NCBI GenBank assembly: GCA_030867685.1 | Contig: JAQOWU010000007.1 | Span: 1,798,001 to 1,862,000 of the forward strand | Reading direction: 5' to 3' | DNA: 64,000 bases | Source: Wickerhamiella versatilis | Taxonomy: Eukaryota | Part shown: one piece after another, positions 10,411-22,200 of the stretch | Numbering within the stretch: position 1 is the stretch's first letter | Layout of the letters: each line of letters begins with the position of its first letter | The notes under the pieces: generated by a model | What the model was told of the DNA's origin: nothing | The model's database searches: none | Seen by the model: the letters and a program-made list of their open reading frames with translations, nothing else | Made by a program: the position numbers and the translations under genes

Positions 10411-12417
10411 ATGGTTCTAGGTATTAATCATACCAAGCGTGCCGCTAAGCATGTGGCCGAAAATAAGCCACATGCCAGGCGGACAGCCACTATGGGGCTA
10501 AGTGGCCGTCCACTACGTTGGACAATTACAGCATGCTCTGTCACGGCATTCTCATTGTTCGGTTATGACCAGGGTTTGATGGGTTCTATCATCACTGGTC
10601 TCCAGTTTGTCGAACAGGAGTTCAAACCTCTCAAATACTTTATTGCCAGTGAAGGAGAGACTTGTCCGTACCCGTCAAACCCCGATTACTCTCAGGCAAT
10701 GACTGGTAACCAGTGGGCAAATATGCTATTAACTGGTGACCCAGATGCTTCTAATCTCGATGTAGGCGCAGGTGCGAATACATACTATTGTGAAAAGGAA
10801 TCACGGCAACAGTCGGTTTTACAAGGTGGTGTCACATCGTCATATGACGTGGGATGCTTTTTCGGATCAATCTTCGTGTTCTTCTTTGGTGAAAGAATCG
10901 GACGCAAGCCGTTGGTTATTCTCGGCTGCTTCATTGTAATTGTTGGTGTGGTTATTTCCACCGCGTCTTATGGTCATGCCTGGGGTATTGGTCAGTTCAT
11001 TGTAGGTCGTGCCATTACCGGTGTTGGTAACGGTATGAATACAGCAACCATTCCTGTCTGGCAGTCTGAGGTATCACGACCCGAAATTCGTGGTCGGTTG
11101 GTGAATCTTGAAGGCTCTGTAGTGGCTATTGGCACCATGGTTGCGACCTGGTTCGACTACGGCCTCCATTGGATCCGTGGTTCGTCAATTGCCTGGCGAT
11201 TCCCTGTAGCACTTCAAGCTGTGTTTGCCTTGATTGTGATTATATGTGTACCCAACCTTCCAGAGTCCCCCCGTTGGCTTGTTTCGAAAGGCAGAATTGA
11301 GGAGGCCAGAACAGTCCAAGCAGCTTTGATGTCAATGGATCCTCATCACGAGATGATTGAAGATGTGATAGCTGTCAATATTGAGGAAGTCAAGAGGCAG
11401 GGATCGGCTGCTGATTTGAAGACATTGTTCACCAATGGTAAGGGTCAATACTTAAACCGTATGTTGATCGGTGCGTCTACACAGTTTTTCCAGCAAATTA
11501 CCGGATGTAACGCCGCTATCTATTATTCTACTGTCTTGTTCCAGAAAATGTACGCCGCTAAGGGCAAAACGGACATTCAGAATACTACCGATTTGCCCAT
11601 TCTTCTTGGTGGTGTATTCGGCTGTGTATATGCTGCATTTACCATTCTCAGTTTCATACTCGTAGACTGGGTCGGTAGAAGATGGCTCTTCTTCTGGGGT
11701 GCCGCGGGTCAAGCAATTTCGTTCTTCATCTCCATGGCATGCCTTGCCGCTTCCAGCTCCTATAACAGCAAGAAGGGTAAAGCAACAAATCAACAGGACA
11801 TTGATAAGTGGACCAACAAGGAAGTTAATAGTATGAAGGGTGGTATTGTTGGTCTCTACTTATTCATTGCTTGCTTTGGTACTTCCATCCTTGAACTTCC
11901 ATGGGTGTACCCACCGGAGATCAACCCACTTAAGACACGTACCCCTGCAACTGCCCTCTCGACGATGATGAACTGGCTGTGGAATTTCACTGTTGTCATG
12001 TTCACCCCAGTCTTTATTGACGAGTCGCAATGGGGTTGCTACTTGTTCTTTGCTATTATGAATATGCTCTGGTTGCCTGTAATTTATTTCTATTATCCTG
12101 AGACCGCTGGACGCAAACTTGAAGAGATTGACCTTATTTTCGCTCGTGCGCACGTTGAAGGTAAGTTCCCCTTCATGGTTGCGAGTGAGATGCCAGCACT
12201 TAGTGATGAGGAGATTATCCAGGAAGGACGTCGTCTGGGTCTTGGCCTGGTAGACAACGCTGGTAACCCACTTGATCGCCCTGACGCCAAGGAAGGCTCA
12301 GCTGAGGGAAGCGAGAATAAACGTAATTCTACCACTTCATCTATATCTGCTCTCAGCAACACGGGAGAAGGTAACAATCCAGAGGATTTTAATCCTGGCG
12401 CTGCGCAAAACGTCTAA
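10411..12417 (+). CDS. STL1: Stl1-like transporter (copy 2, identical protein to 6174-8180)
   Basis: Identical 668-aa translation. Confidence 0.88.
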   Translation: MVLGINHTKRAAKHVAENKPHARRTATMGLSGRPLRWTITACSVTAFSLFGYDQGLMGSIITGLQFVEQEFKPLKYFIASEGETCPYPSNPDYSQAMTGNQWANMLLTGDPDASNLDVGAGANTYYCEKESRQQSVLQGGVTSSYDVGCFFGSIFVFFFGERIGRKPLVILGCFIVIVGVVISTASYGHAWGIGQFIVGRAITGVGNGMNTATIPVWQSEVSRPEIRGRLVNLEGSVVAIGTMVATWFDYGLHWIRGSSIAWRFPVALQAVFALIVIICVPNLPESPRWLVSKGRIEEARTVQAALMSMDPHHEMIEDVIAVNIEEVKRQGSAADLKTLFTNGKGQYLNRMLIGASTQFFQQITGCNAAIYYSTVLFQKMYAAKGKTDIQNTTDLPILLGGVFGCVYAAFTILSFILVDWVGRRWLFFWGAAGQAISFFISMACLAASSSYNSKKGKATNQQDIDKWTNKEVNSMKGGIVGLYLFIACFGTSILELPWVYPPEINPLKTRTPATALSTMMNWLWNFTVVMFTPVFIDESQWGCYLFFAIMNMLWLPVIYFYYPETAGRKLEEIDLIFARAHVEGKFPFMVASEMPALSDEEIIQEGRRLGLGLVDNAGNPLDRPDAKEGSAEGSENKRNSTTSSISALSNTGEGNNPEDFNPGAAQNV

Positions 12418-13184
12418 GGTTCTTTGTCGCCGCCGCTGTCCGATTGATTGATTGATTACCTTAACCTTATTCATATTCCCCTAGCTGGTTAGGCATGATT
12501 AATAATTTGTTTTGCTTTTGTAAGAATGTTTTGCGGGTTTTTCCGCAGGCCTCAAATGACGAGAGAAAGCGGTTTTTTTAAATTTTGTGACAAGTGAGGC
12601 CGAAATAACCTCCCTCACATGTCCAAGAAATGTGCTTTCGACCGTTAGCGGTTTTCGATCTGGCTGTCTAACAGTAGTCACGTGATGCATATGTCATTGT
12701 GCATGCTCGGTTGGCATTTTTCCGCACAGGGGGTGTGAGGAAGTAGTTACGCCAGGAGGACAAGATAATACCAGGAAAGGTCGGAAACTGTTTTTTGAAG
12801 GTACGAGAAATGCTGGGGTCATGCGTGTAGCTCTTGGTCGCCGTAATCTTGATCGCTTCCACTGGGAGTTTTTCTGCAGGATCTGCAGGATATTGTGATT
12901 ATTAGTCCATGGTGGGGAGCTGGTTGTGGCGATTTGCATTCCAAGGTGATCATAGTTAAAGTTTCTCACACTGCCGAATTCCCAGATGCTCCTTGTGATC
13001 CATGCACACTTTTTGCTTCCGTTTTGGTAGGGCAGTCGCGTGAAAATACCTGGTGGGGGAATAGCGCTTTGCAGGTTGTTTACTAAATAGGAACACTTTT
13101 ACATCATCTCACTGGGAAGTGGAGAGTATTTATAAGGCAGCTGGCTGGGTATAAGAACACCTACCTGTTCCGGAAGCGTCTATA

Positions 13185-15185
13185 ATGGTTCTCGGAATCA
13201 ATCATACTCGTCGGGCAGCTACGGCTGTCGCCGACAAGTATGACTTAGAGCGACCACATGCGAAGCGTACAGCCACCATGGGGCTTTCTGGGCGTCCCCT
13301 GCGGTGGACAATGACGGCTTGCTCAGTTACTGCATTTCAACTGTTCGGATATGACCAGGGGTTGATGAGCTCTATCATTACTTCGAAGCAATTTGTGGAT
13401 GAGCAGTTTAGATCTGTGCACTACTATAGTGTCCCCGATGGAACTTCTTCTTGTCCTGTCGAAGACTCTAAGTATGGAAACGGCTATAAGCCTTTCACCC
13501 TCTACAGTGATACTCTTTATTGTACTAGAACAACGCATATGCAGTCAGTATATGAAGGTGCTGTGACGGCTTGCTACGAGATTGGATGTTTTTTCGGCTC
13601 ACTGTTTGTGTTGGCGGTGGGAAATAGAACTGGACGCAAACCGCTGATTGTGCTTGGATGCTTGATCATCGTTATAGGTGGTATCATCTCGTCTGCGGCG
13701 TATAATGATAAGTGGGGGTTTGGTCAGTTTATAATTGGCCGAGTAACTTGTGGTGTTGGTAACGGTATGAATACCGCGACCATTCCTGTTTGGCAGTCTG
13801 AAGTTTCCCGACCAGAGATCCGGGGACGATTGGTGAATCTAGAGGGATCCGTGGTCGCACTTGGTACCATGGTTGCTTACTGGTTGACCTTCGGTCTGCA
13901 TTTCGTGGACACCTCTATTGCGTGGCGTCTTCCTGTAGCTCTTCAGTGTCTATTTGCCATTATCGTGTTTGTTTCCGTGATTTACCTGCCGGAATCACCC
14001 AAGTGGTTGGTAACGCAGGGTCGTATTGAAGAAGCTACTTCCGTTCAGGCGAGTCTCTTGTCGCTTGATGAAAATGATCAAGTTGTGCAGAATATGATCA
14101 CTGCAAGTATCGAGGAGACAGAGCGGGCTGGATCCGAGATGAGGTTCGCCGATCTTCTCAAGCAAGGTAAAGGTCAGTATCTAGCTCGCACTCTGATAGG
14201 TGCATCGAGCCAGTTCTACCAGCAATTTTCGGGATGTAATGCGGCTATTTACTATGCCACTGTGCTGTTTCAGAACATGCTTGCTCGTCAAAATATTCAG
14301 GCCTCACCCGAATCGGTAAACAATAGGAAGATAAATATTCCTATTTTGTTGGGTGCAGTTTTTGCTAGTGTTTATTTCATGTTCACGATACCTAGCTTCA
14401 TATTGGTAGACAAGGTTGGAAGACGTATCATGTTCTTGGTTGGTGCAGCTGGTCAAGCGGGGTCATTCTTTATCACTGTTGGCTGTCTAGCGGCCTCGGA
14501 TCATTCTGAGAGCTCGTCCAAAAAGTCAGGAATTTCGGATGCGATGAAATCTAAGTTGACTAGCAGGTCAGTAAATCAAATGAAGGGTGGTGCTGTAGGG
14601 TTGTTCTTGTTTATTTCATTCTTCGGTCTGTCAATTCTGGAACTGCCTTGGATCTATCCTCCGGAGATTAATCCCATGAAGACGCGAACTGCTGCTACTG
14701 CCGTTTCTACCTGCGCTAACTGGCTAGCCAATTACGCTGTGGTACAGTTCACAACGATCTTTATCAATAGGTCTGACTATGGCTGCTACTTATTCTTCGC
14801 TCTTATTAACCTTACATGGATCCCTCTGATTTTCTTCTGCTATCCTGAGACAGCTGGACGTAAGCTTGAGGAGATGGACATTATTTTCGCTCGTGCTTAC
14901 ATGGAGAACAGATATCCATTTGTTGTTGCAAGTGAGATGCCTTACCTCAGTGATCAGGAGATTAAGGAGGAAGCTATTCGGTTGGATCTTGGTGATGATG
15001 ACACCAAGAACCTCAGGGATGTCGGCTGGGGCTACCATAACAGAAAGCCTAGCCCAGACAGTGGTGAGGAGAGGAAACCAGCGTCATCTGATGGTGCCTC
15101 ATCCATCTCTGCACTGAGCCATGTGACAGAGAACCAGGAAACCCAACCAAGCGAGGCAACTCAGGATGTTTCCCAACAGGTATGA
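13185..15185 (+). CDS. Stl1-like transporter, diverged tandem paralog
   Basis: Same motifs (GYDQG, GNGMNTATIPVWQSE, LPWIYPPEINP) and shared MVLGINHT N-terminus; TATTTATAA at 13127. Confidence 0.88.
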   Translation: MVLGINHTRRAATAVADKYDLERPHAKRTATMGLSGRPLRWTMTACSVTAFQLFGYDQGLMSSIITSKQFVDEQFRSVHYYSVPDGTSSCPVEDSKYGNGYKPFTLYSDTLYCTRTTHMQSVYEGAVTACYEIGCFFGSLFVLAVGNRTGRKPLIVLGCLIIVIGGIISSAAYNDKWGFGQFIIGRVTCGVGNGMNTATIPVWQSEVSRPEIRGRLVNLEGSVVALGTMVAYWLTFGLHFVDTSIAWRLPVALQCLFAIIVFVSVIYLPESPKWLVTQGRIEEATSVQASLLSLDENDQVVQNMITASIEETERAGSEMRFADLLKQGKGQYLARTLIGASSQFYQQFSGCNAAIYYATVLFQNMLARQNIQASPESVNNRKINIPILLGAVFASVYFMFTIPSFILVDKVGRRIMFLVGAAGQAGSFFITVGCLAASDHSESSSKKSGISDAMKSKLTSRSVNQMKGGAVGLFLFISFFGLSILELPWIYPPEINPMKTRTAATAVSTCANWLANYAVVQFTTIFINRSDYGCYLFFALINLTWIPLIFFCYPETAGRKLEEMDIIFARAYMENRYPFVVASEMPYLSDQEIKEEAIRLDLGDDDTKNLRDVGWGYHNRKPSPDSGEERKPASSDGASSISALSHVTENQETQPSEATQDVSQQV

Positions 15186-15349
15186 GTGCTTTAGGAATAC
15201 TTTGATACCTCCCTAATACATTAATGGTTGCTTCTTATTCTATTTAGGGTAGAGAATACGAGAGATTTATATAGTATCTAATCAATCAGAGAATATCCAT
15301 TGTAATAGAATCTGTTGGGTGTGGTGGTGCCGCCGCCATGCCTGATTGA

Positions 15350-15814
15350 TTAAACATTTTCGGAAAAATTGTGACCAAAATGAAGTATGCGCTCATGAAG
15401 AAGAGGCGAGTCACCTGCTGTAGAGGACTGAACGGATTCGCTGTTGTCCCGTTCGAGAAGTTCTTCAATTTCCTCCTGCACGAAGTGAACATAACTGTCC
15501 AGGTCCAGCTCGCCTTTTACGACATAATTAGCTACTACTTTAGCCAATCTTCTAGCGACACTCTGTGATGTAGGCATTTCAACATCTCGAGCAAGTAATG
15601 AGCTGTGCATCTGGCTCCGCGTAGGCAAAGGAGACAGTAGGCGCATACCTGGCCGGCATGGGACTGCCGTACTCGGCGTGGGCATAGGGCCATTCGTTCT
15701 TATTCCAGCATTTAATGGCGTCATCATGCTTGTGCGAGGACTATGAAATCCACGCTGTCTATTTTCCAATTGATCGCGCTGTGCATACATGTCTTCACGA
15801 TGATGGAGCCACAT
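15350..15814 (-). CDS. Hypothetical protein (~154 aa from first ATG; frame open to ~15895)
   Basis: Occupies an otherwise empty interval; helical-looking segment VARRLAKVVANYVVKGELDLDSYVHFVQEEIEELL; no family recognised. Confidence 0.4.
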   Translation of the reverse strand: MWLHHREDMYAQRDQLENRQRGFHSPRTSMMTPLNAGIRTNGPMPTPSTAVPCRPGMRLLSPLPTRSQMHSSLLARDVEMPTSQSVARRLAKVVANYVVKGELDLDSYVHFVQEEIEELLERDNSESVQSSTAGDSPLLHERILHFGHNFSENV

Positions 15815-16220
15815 GACATGTAGTAAGCGTTGTAGAGCAGAGTGGTCCACACCTAACCCTATAAATGCAACAAACTTGAAAAGATAGTGCTGTGCTCAAG
15901 AGACCGGACTTTGGAATAGACATCATTTAAGTTTTTCCAATATTTAGTTCCATTCTCATTGGCATTTCACCTGAATACCTGCCCTAGCAAATTAAGCGTC
16001 CAGTCAATGCCGGGGTGGTGCAAAAAAACACTACATTATAGTATAATAAAACAGCTAGGAACAACGTTGGAAGCAATGCAAAGAAATAACTCAATTACCG
16101 CAAGAACTCTAGCAACAAATGAAACCTTTCTGGCAGGTCCACTTTTGCACCAGAAATGCAGTCTTTGCGCTTAGGTAAGTTTCCGTGGAGAAGTGTCAAC
16201 AAACAGGTTGTTTCCTTTAG

Positions 16221-19200
16221 ATGTCGTTTTTGCGCCGCGGCTCAGGGAATTCTCGTGTTCCAGAGCTTGAGGCACGTGTTTCCACTCTGGAGCGTGAACG
16301 TGGTGGCCTGGAGGAGGAGAACTGGAATCTAAAGGTCGAGCTAGATAGCCTACGGGAATCGGCCAAAACCACAAACTCGGCACGGTCGAAGGCTGGCAGT
16401 GATCGTGCGAAGCTTAAGGATGAATACCAAAATGTCATGGAGTTGCTGGAACTCTCAAGAAACCGGGAGTTGGAGCTCAACTCGCAACTCGAGAAAGCTC
16501 GTGTTCAAAATGCACGCCAGTTGGAATCCAGTCGTCAAGATATCGAGAGCCGAGAAGAGTATATCACGAAAATGGAAGAGGAATTAAGGCAAATTAGCAG
16601 TGCTAATTCTCAAAAGGAAATCAATAGCAAGGTTAGAAATGGACCCACTGACCAACAGACGGTTTCCCGGGTCACCTCAGCTTCCTCAAATGATGATTTC
16701 CAGGATGCTCCTAATACAGAGCCCCAGTCGACACAACTTGAGACTGATAGTCTGCGAGACAGGCTACAGCTTGCTTTGCGCAAAGAGTCCCAGTTAAGGT
16801 CTGCCCTGTTGAAGGAGAAGACAATGACACGCGAACTTCGAAGCCGCTTGCGATATTCTGGCGGCTCAACCCAAGTATCGTCGTCAGACCTAGAATTAGT
16901 GGGACCGGATGATAGCATTGAGAATACTGCCGTCACAGGCGATGCCGCTAGGCAGTCCTTATCTTTTTCTTCAGATGGTGAGGTCCTTGGCGACGTATTT
17001 ATGAGCCGGGCTGATATTGAGGATGCAGCTAAGAAACAAGGATTGGTGGTGCTGAGCCAAGACGAATGGGAGCAATCCCAGCCGCATGCCGGATTTGTGG
17101 TAGCGCCGAAGGACGAGTATGAACTTCTGAAAAACAGAACATCTTCATTAGACGGATTGCGGGATTTAGCTAGCCAATTTGGTGCCAGGGTGCTTTCCGC
17201 TGAGGAAACTCACGAATCGACGAATCCCACAAAAGAAGATCTAGACATGCAGGCCACGGCCATAGATCATCGGCTTGTACCCATTGAGGAGTATGACTCT
17301 CTAATTCACCCAACTTTGGAGAGCTTATCTGAACTTGCCAGTATTCTTAATTACAAGATGGTGCACGAGGACAAACAAGCTAATGATGATGATCTCGGCA
17401 ATATCAGCCAGCTCGCGGCCGCCAAAGGACATTATTTGGTATCCAATGAAGAGTATGCCAACTTTTTGGCCCCTACGCTGCAGCAATTGCAAGATAGAGC
17501 AAAGGCTAGTGGCATGGTGGTGGTACCAGCGGAGAGACATCGTGCACTACAGAATGCATCTGACAGCCTCAAGGCTGCTATGCGCAATTCATCGGTAAAG
17601 AAGCATCATCATCGTCACCAGCATCGCCAGGGTGAAAAATCGCATGTGTTCAGGGATCTGGCAGCGGCACACAAACTTGATTTTGCCTCCGCAGAAAGGC
17701 CAGGGAGCGCCAGATCCTCTTTTGTTTCTGATACTTCAGTGACGCAATCCAGGTCGTCCAGGTCTCAGTCGCGATCTGGATCTTCAGTTTTCAGCGACTA
17801 TGACTTTAATGACCTTGAATCTGTACGGACAGCATCTTTCGAGAAGGGGTACGCATTGATTCCTCTTGATTCACTTGCGGAATTGCAGTCTTCTCACATT
17901 ATACCCTCGCGCCAAGCGGCTCAGCATCGTCACTCACATGACATTTTTGTTGTTCTATCTCCCTCAGATGCAGATCGAGTTCAGCGTGCTTTAGCAAGTG
18001 GTGTTGCATCTTCTAAGGATCCTGCCTATGGTTCTGTTGCTGAAAGGCGTGAACATTTTGAAAGTTTGATCAAAGAGTCAAATTCACCATCGAGATCTCA
18101 GGGCCCTAGCGCACACATAACATCCACACTCTCTAGTTTGGGCTTCAAAGCAATTCATCAAGATGAGTATAGAAGGTTATTGGCTTCTCAGAAAGTCTAT
18201 GAACCCACAAAGGAAGACGTAATTCGTGCGTCCAAGCTGTTTGATTTGGTACCTATACCTTCCGAGGAACACCAACGTCTGGGCGGTTCACCTCTAAAAT
18301 CCTCACCTTCGAAGTGGCGCTCGCAGCCTTCGACACCGCAAAAGGACAGGTCTTCATCATCTATACCTCCAAGTGAAGAACTCAAGGCGGTTCCAGCAGG
18401 TTATCTTGCAACGTTGCAAAAACTTGCTGAAAACCCATCGAAAGAAGATGTGGCTGGAATGGCCCGTGACCTAAATTTGGTGGTGATAGACTCTAATGGT
18501 GCCCCAATCCTGCATGAGAATGAGATTCGTGAGCGTGCAAGTATTCTTGGGATGAGTGCGCCTCCAACGGAAGAGCAAATTATCCAGAGTGCAAAGGAAC
18601 TGGGACTTCCGACAAGTGATTCGGATATTCTAGAAAGAGGAAAAACCTTAGGGTTGTTGGAACCTTCGGATTCTAATATACGCGAGAAGGCATTGCAACT
18701 CGGGCTAGTTGATCCTCCATCTGACGAAGACATCAAACTCAAAGCGAAAGAGTTAGGTCTGATTGAACCTTTGAGCTCAGATGGAATCAAAAAGAATGCA
18801 CTAAAACTTGGTCTTGTTTTCCCGCCATCAGAGTCTGATATAATACAGACGGCACTTAAACTCGGACTTGTGCGTCCTGAAGATGTTAAGACGAAAGCCA
18901 TGAAACAAGGGCTCATTGAGCCGCTTTCACAGGAAGAAATTATACTCACAGCATTGTCACTTGGGTTAATTCATCCACTGTCAGATTCTGAAACTAGAGA
19001 AAAGGCCAAGGACCTAGGGATGGTAGAGAAACCCTCTGATTCTCAGGTCATCAGTCGTGCAATTTCCCTGGGACTAGTTCGACCGGAGGATATAAAGAGT
19101 AAAGCCTTGTCCCTTGGTCTGGTTGAGCCACTAGGAGAACGGGAAATCAAAGACCGAGCAATGGAGCTTGGCCTATCTGAGCCTCTGGGTGATGCTGACT

Positions 19201-22200
19201 TGAAGGCCAAAGCTCAAACTCTTGGTTTGATAGAGCCACCAACAGAATCAGAAATAAAGGAGAAGGCTATATCGTTTGGTCTTATAGAGCCAGCGGCCCT
19301 AAAAGAGAAGGCTCACGCTATAGGTCTCATTGATCCTCTCACTGACTCTGATATTAAGGACAAAGCATTGTCCCTAGGGTTGGTAGAACCATTATCAGAA
19401 AGCGAGATTAAGATGAGAGCTACTATGTTAGGGCTTATACCCCCGGAGAAGTTAAAAGAACGAGCTTTTTCTCTAGGTCTTGTCGAGCCTCATAGTGATT
19501 CTGAAATCAAGGCAAAAGCATCATCGCTTGGAATGATAGAGCCTCTATCAGAAGATGAAATTAAGCAAAGAGCCATTTCATTTGGCTTCATTCAACCAGA
19601 GAAACTAAAGGAAATTGCATACTCCCAAGGATTGATTGAACGGCCTAGCGATTCTGAAATTAAGACCAAGGCATTATCTCTTGGATTGGTGGAGCCTCTT
19701 TCAGATGCTGAAATCAAGAAGAAGGCATTATCACTTGGTTTGATAGAACCCCTCTCAGAAGCTGATATCAAGCAAAAGGCTATTTCATTTGGCTTGATTC
19801 ATCCGGAGAAATTGAGGCAAACTGCATACTCACAAGGATTAATTGACCCACCTAGTGATTCTGAAATCAAAACCAAGGCATTGTCTCTTGGATTAGTGGA
19901 ACCTCTTTCAGATGGTGAAATCAAAGAGAAGGCAATCTCGCTTGGATTGATCGAACCACTCAGCGATTCCGAAATTAAGACCAAGGCTTGCTCTCTTGGA
20001 TTGGTGAAACCTCTTTCAGACGCTGAAATCAATAAGAAGGCGAACTCGCTTGGGCTGTTCAAGCCACCCAGTGATTCTGAAATCAAGGCAAAAGCATTAT
20101 TACTTGGTTTGATAGAGCCTCTATCAGAGGATGACATCAAGCAAAAGGCTATTTCATTTGGTTTCATTCAACCAGAGAAACTAAAGGAAACTGCATATTC
20201 CCAAGGATTAATTGAACGACCTAGCGATTCTGAGATTAAGACCAAGGCATTATCCCTCGGATTGGTGGAGCCTCTTTCAGATGCTGAAATCAAGAAAAAG
20301 GCGAATTCTCTTGGACTGGTCAAACCACCTAGTGATTCTGAAATCAAGACAAAGGCATTATCTCTCGGTTTGATAGAGCCTCTTTTAGAAGCTGATATCA
20401 AGCAAAAGGCTGTCTCATTTGGGTTCATTCAACCAGAAAAGCTGAAGCAAACTGCATACTCACAAGGATTAATTGAACCACCTAGCACTTCTGAAATCAA
20501 GAGCAAGGCGCTCTCTCTTGGTCTAGTGGAACCTCTATCAGATGCTGAAATCAAGAAGAAGGCGGCTTCACTCGGATTGATAGAACCTCTTAATGAATCT
20601 GAAATCAAGAGCAAGGCGGTATCTCTTGGTCTAGTAGAACCTCTATCAGATGCTGAGCTCAAGAAGAAGGCAAGTTCACTTGGTCTAGTGGAACCTCTAT
20701 CAGATGCTGAAATCAAGAAGAAGGCGGCTTCACTTGGACTGATCGAACCTCTCAATGATTCTGAGATCAAGAGCAAGGCGGTATCTCTTGGTCTCGTAGA
20801 ACCTCTATCCGATGCTGAGCTCAAGAAGAAGGCAAGTTCACTTGGTCTAGTGGAACCTCTATCAGATGCTGAAATCAAGAAGAAGGCGACTTCACTTGGA
20901 CTGATCGAACCTCTCAATGATTCTGAAATCAAGAGCAAGGCGGTATCTCTTGGTCTAGTAGAACCTCTATCAGATGCTGAACTCAAGAAGAAGGCGACTT
21001 TACTGGGACTGATAGAACCTCTATCAGATGCTGAAATCAAGGAGAAGGCGACTTCACTTGGACTGATCGACCCTCCTAATGATTCTGAAATCAAAGATAA
21101 GGCTCTAGGTCTTGGGCTGGTCAAGCCGCTAGCAGACGCTGAAATCCGATCTAAGGCGGCTTCACTTGGATTGGTCGAACCACCTAATGATTCTGAAATC
21201 AAAAATAAGGCTCTAAGCCTTGGACTGGTCAAGCCGCTATCAAATTCTGAGATCAAGAAGAAGGCGAAATCACTTGGTCTAGTAAAGCCATTGAATGATT
21301 CTGAAATCAGAGAGAAAGCTCTAGGCCTTGGACTGGTCAAGCCGCTATCAGATGCGGAAATCAAGAAGAAGGCGACTTCACTTGGTCTAGTGGAACCTCT
21401 ATCAGATGCGGAAATCAAGAAGAAGGCGACTTCACTTGGTCTAGTGGAACCTCTATCAGATGCGGAAATCAAGAAGAAGGCGACTTCACTTGGTCTAGTG
21501 GAACCTCTATCAGATGCTGAAATCAAGAAGAAGGCAAATTCTCTTGGTCTTGTGAAACCATTAAATGATTCTGAAATCAAAGATAAGGCTCTAGGTCTTG
21601 GACTGGTCAAGCCGCTATCAGATGCTGAAATCCGATCTAAGGCGGTATCCTTAGGACTGGTTGAACCCCTATCGGATACTGCTATTAAGGATAGGGCGGC
21701 AGCTTTAGGATTGACAGAGCCATTATCGGAGCAAGAAATCAAGTCGAAAGCTCACAGTTTGGGTTTAGTAGAGCCTATAACAGAATCTGAGATCAAAGAA
21801 AAAGCTATAGCCCTTGGATTAGTGCCACCTGAAAGCCTTAAAGAACGGGCGCGATCTATTGGTCTTGTTAAGCAGCCGACTGATGAGGAGGTGAAACAGA
21901 AGGCTCTTTCCTTGGGACTAGTTAAACCACTTTCTCAAGATGGGATCAAGGAAAAAGCTATGTCATTGGGGCTAGTGTCTCCTCCTACTGATTCCGACAT
22001 TAAGCGATCAGCTATGAGCCTGGGAATGATAGAGCCTCTGAATGACGATGAGATCAAGCGTAAAGCTAGAAAGCTAGGCTACGATGCTCCTCTGTCAGAT
22101 GCAGACTTGAAGAAAAAGGCGCTTGCATTGGGGTTGGCTAAGCCATTGAGCGACGATGAGGTCAAGCAGAAGGCTAGAATACTAGGGATGTCTGAAAGTC

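Larger units (their letters stand above)
4486..12747 (+). repeat. Direct tandem duplication, unit 4237 bp (copy 1 4486-8510 including the gap; copy 2 8511-12747)
   Basis: All ORFs recur with identical translation at offset 4237 (5097/9334, 6174/10411). Novel junction GGAAGTAGT|GGCCGGTTCG at 8510/8511. Confidence 0.97.

Noticed and set aside
18401-21742. Long minus-strand ORFs (up to 437 aa) in the Num1 repeat
   Set aside because: Antisense shadows of a stop-poor coding repeat.
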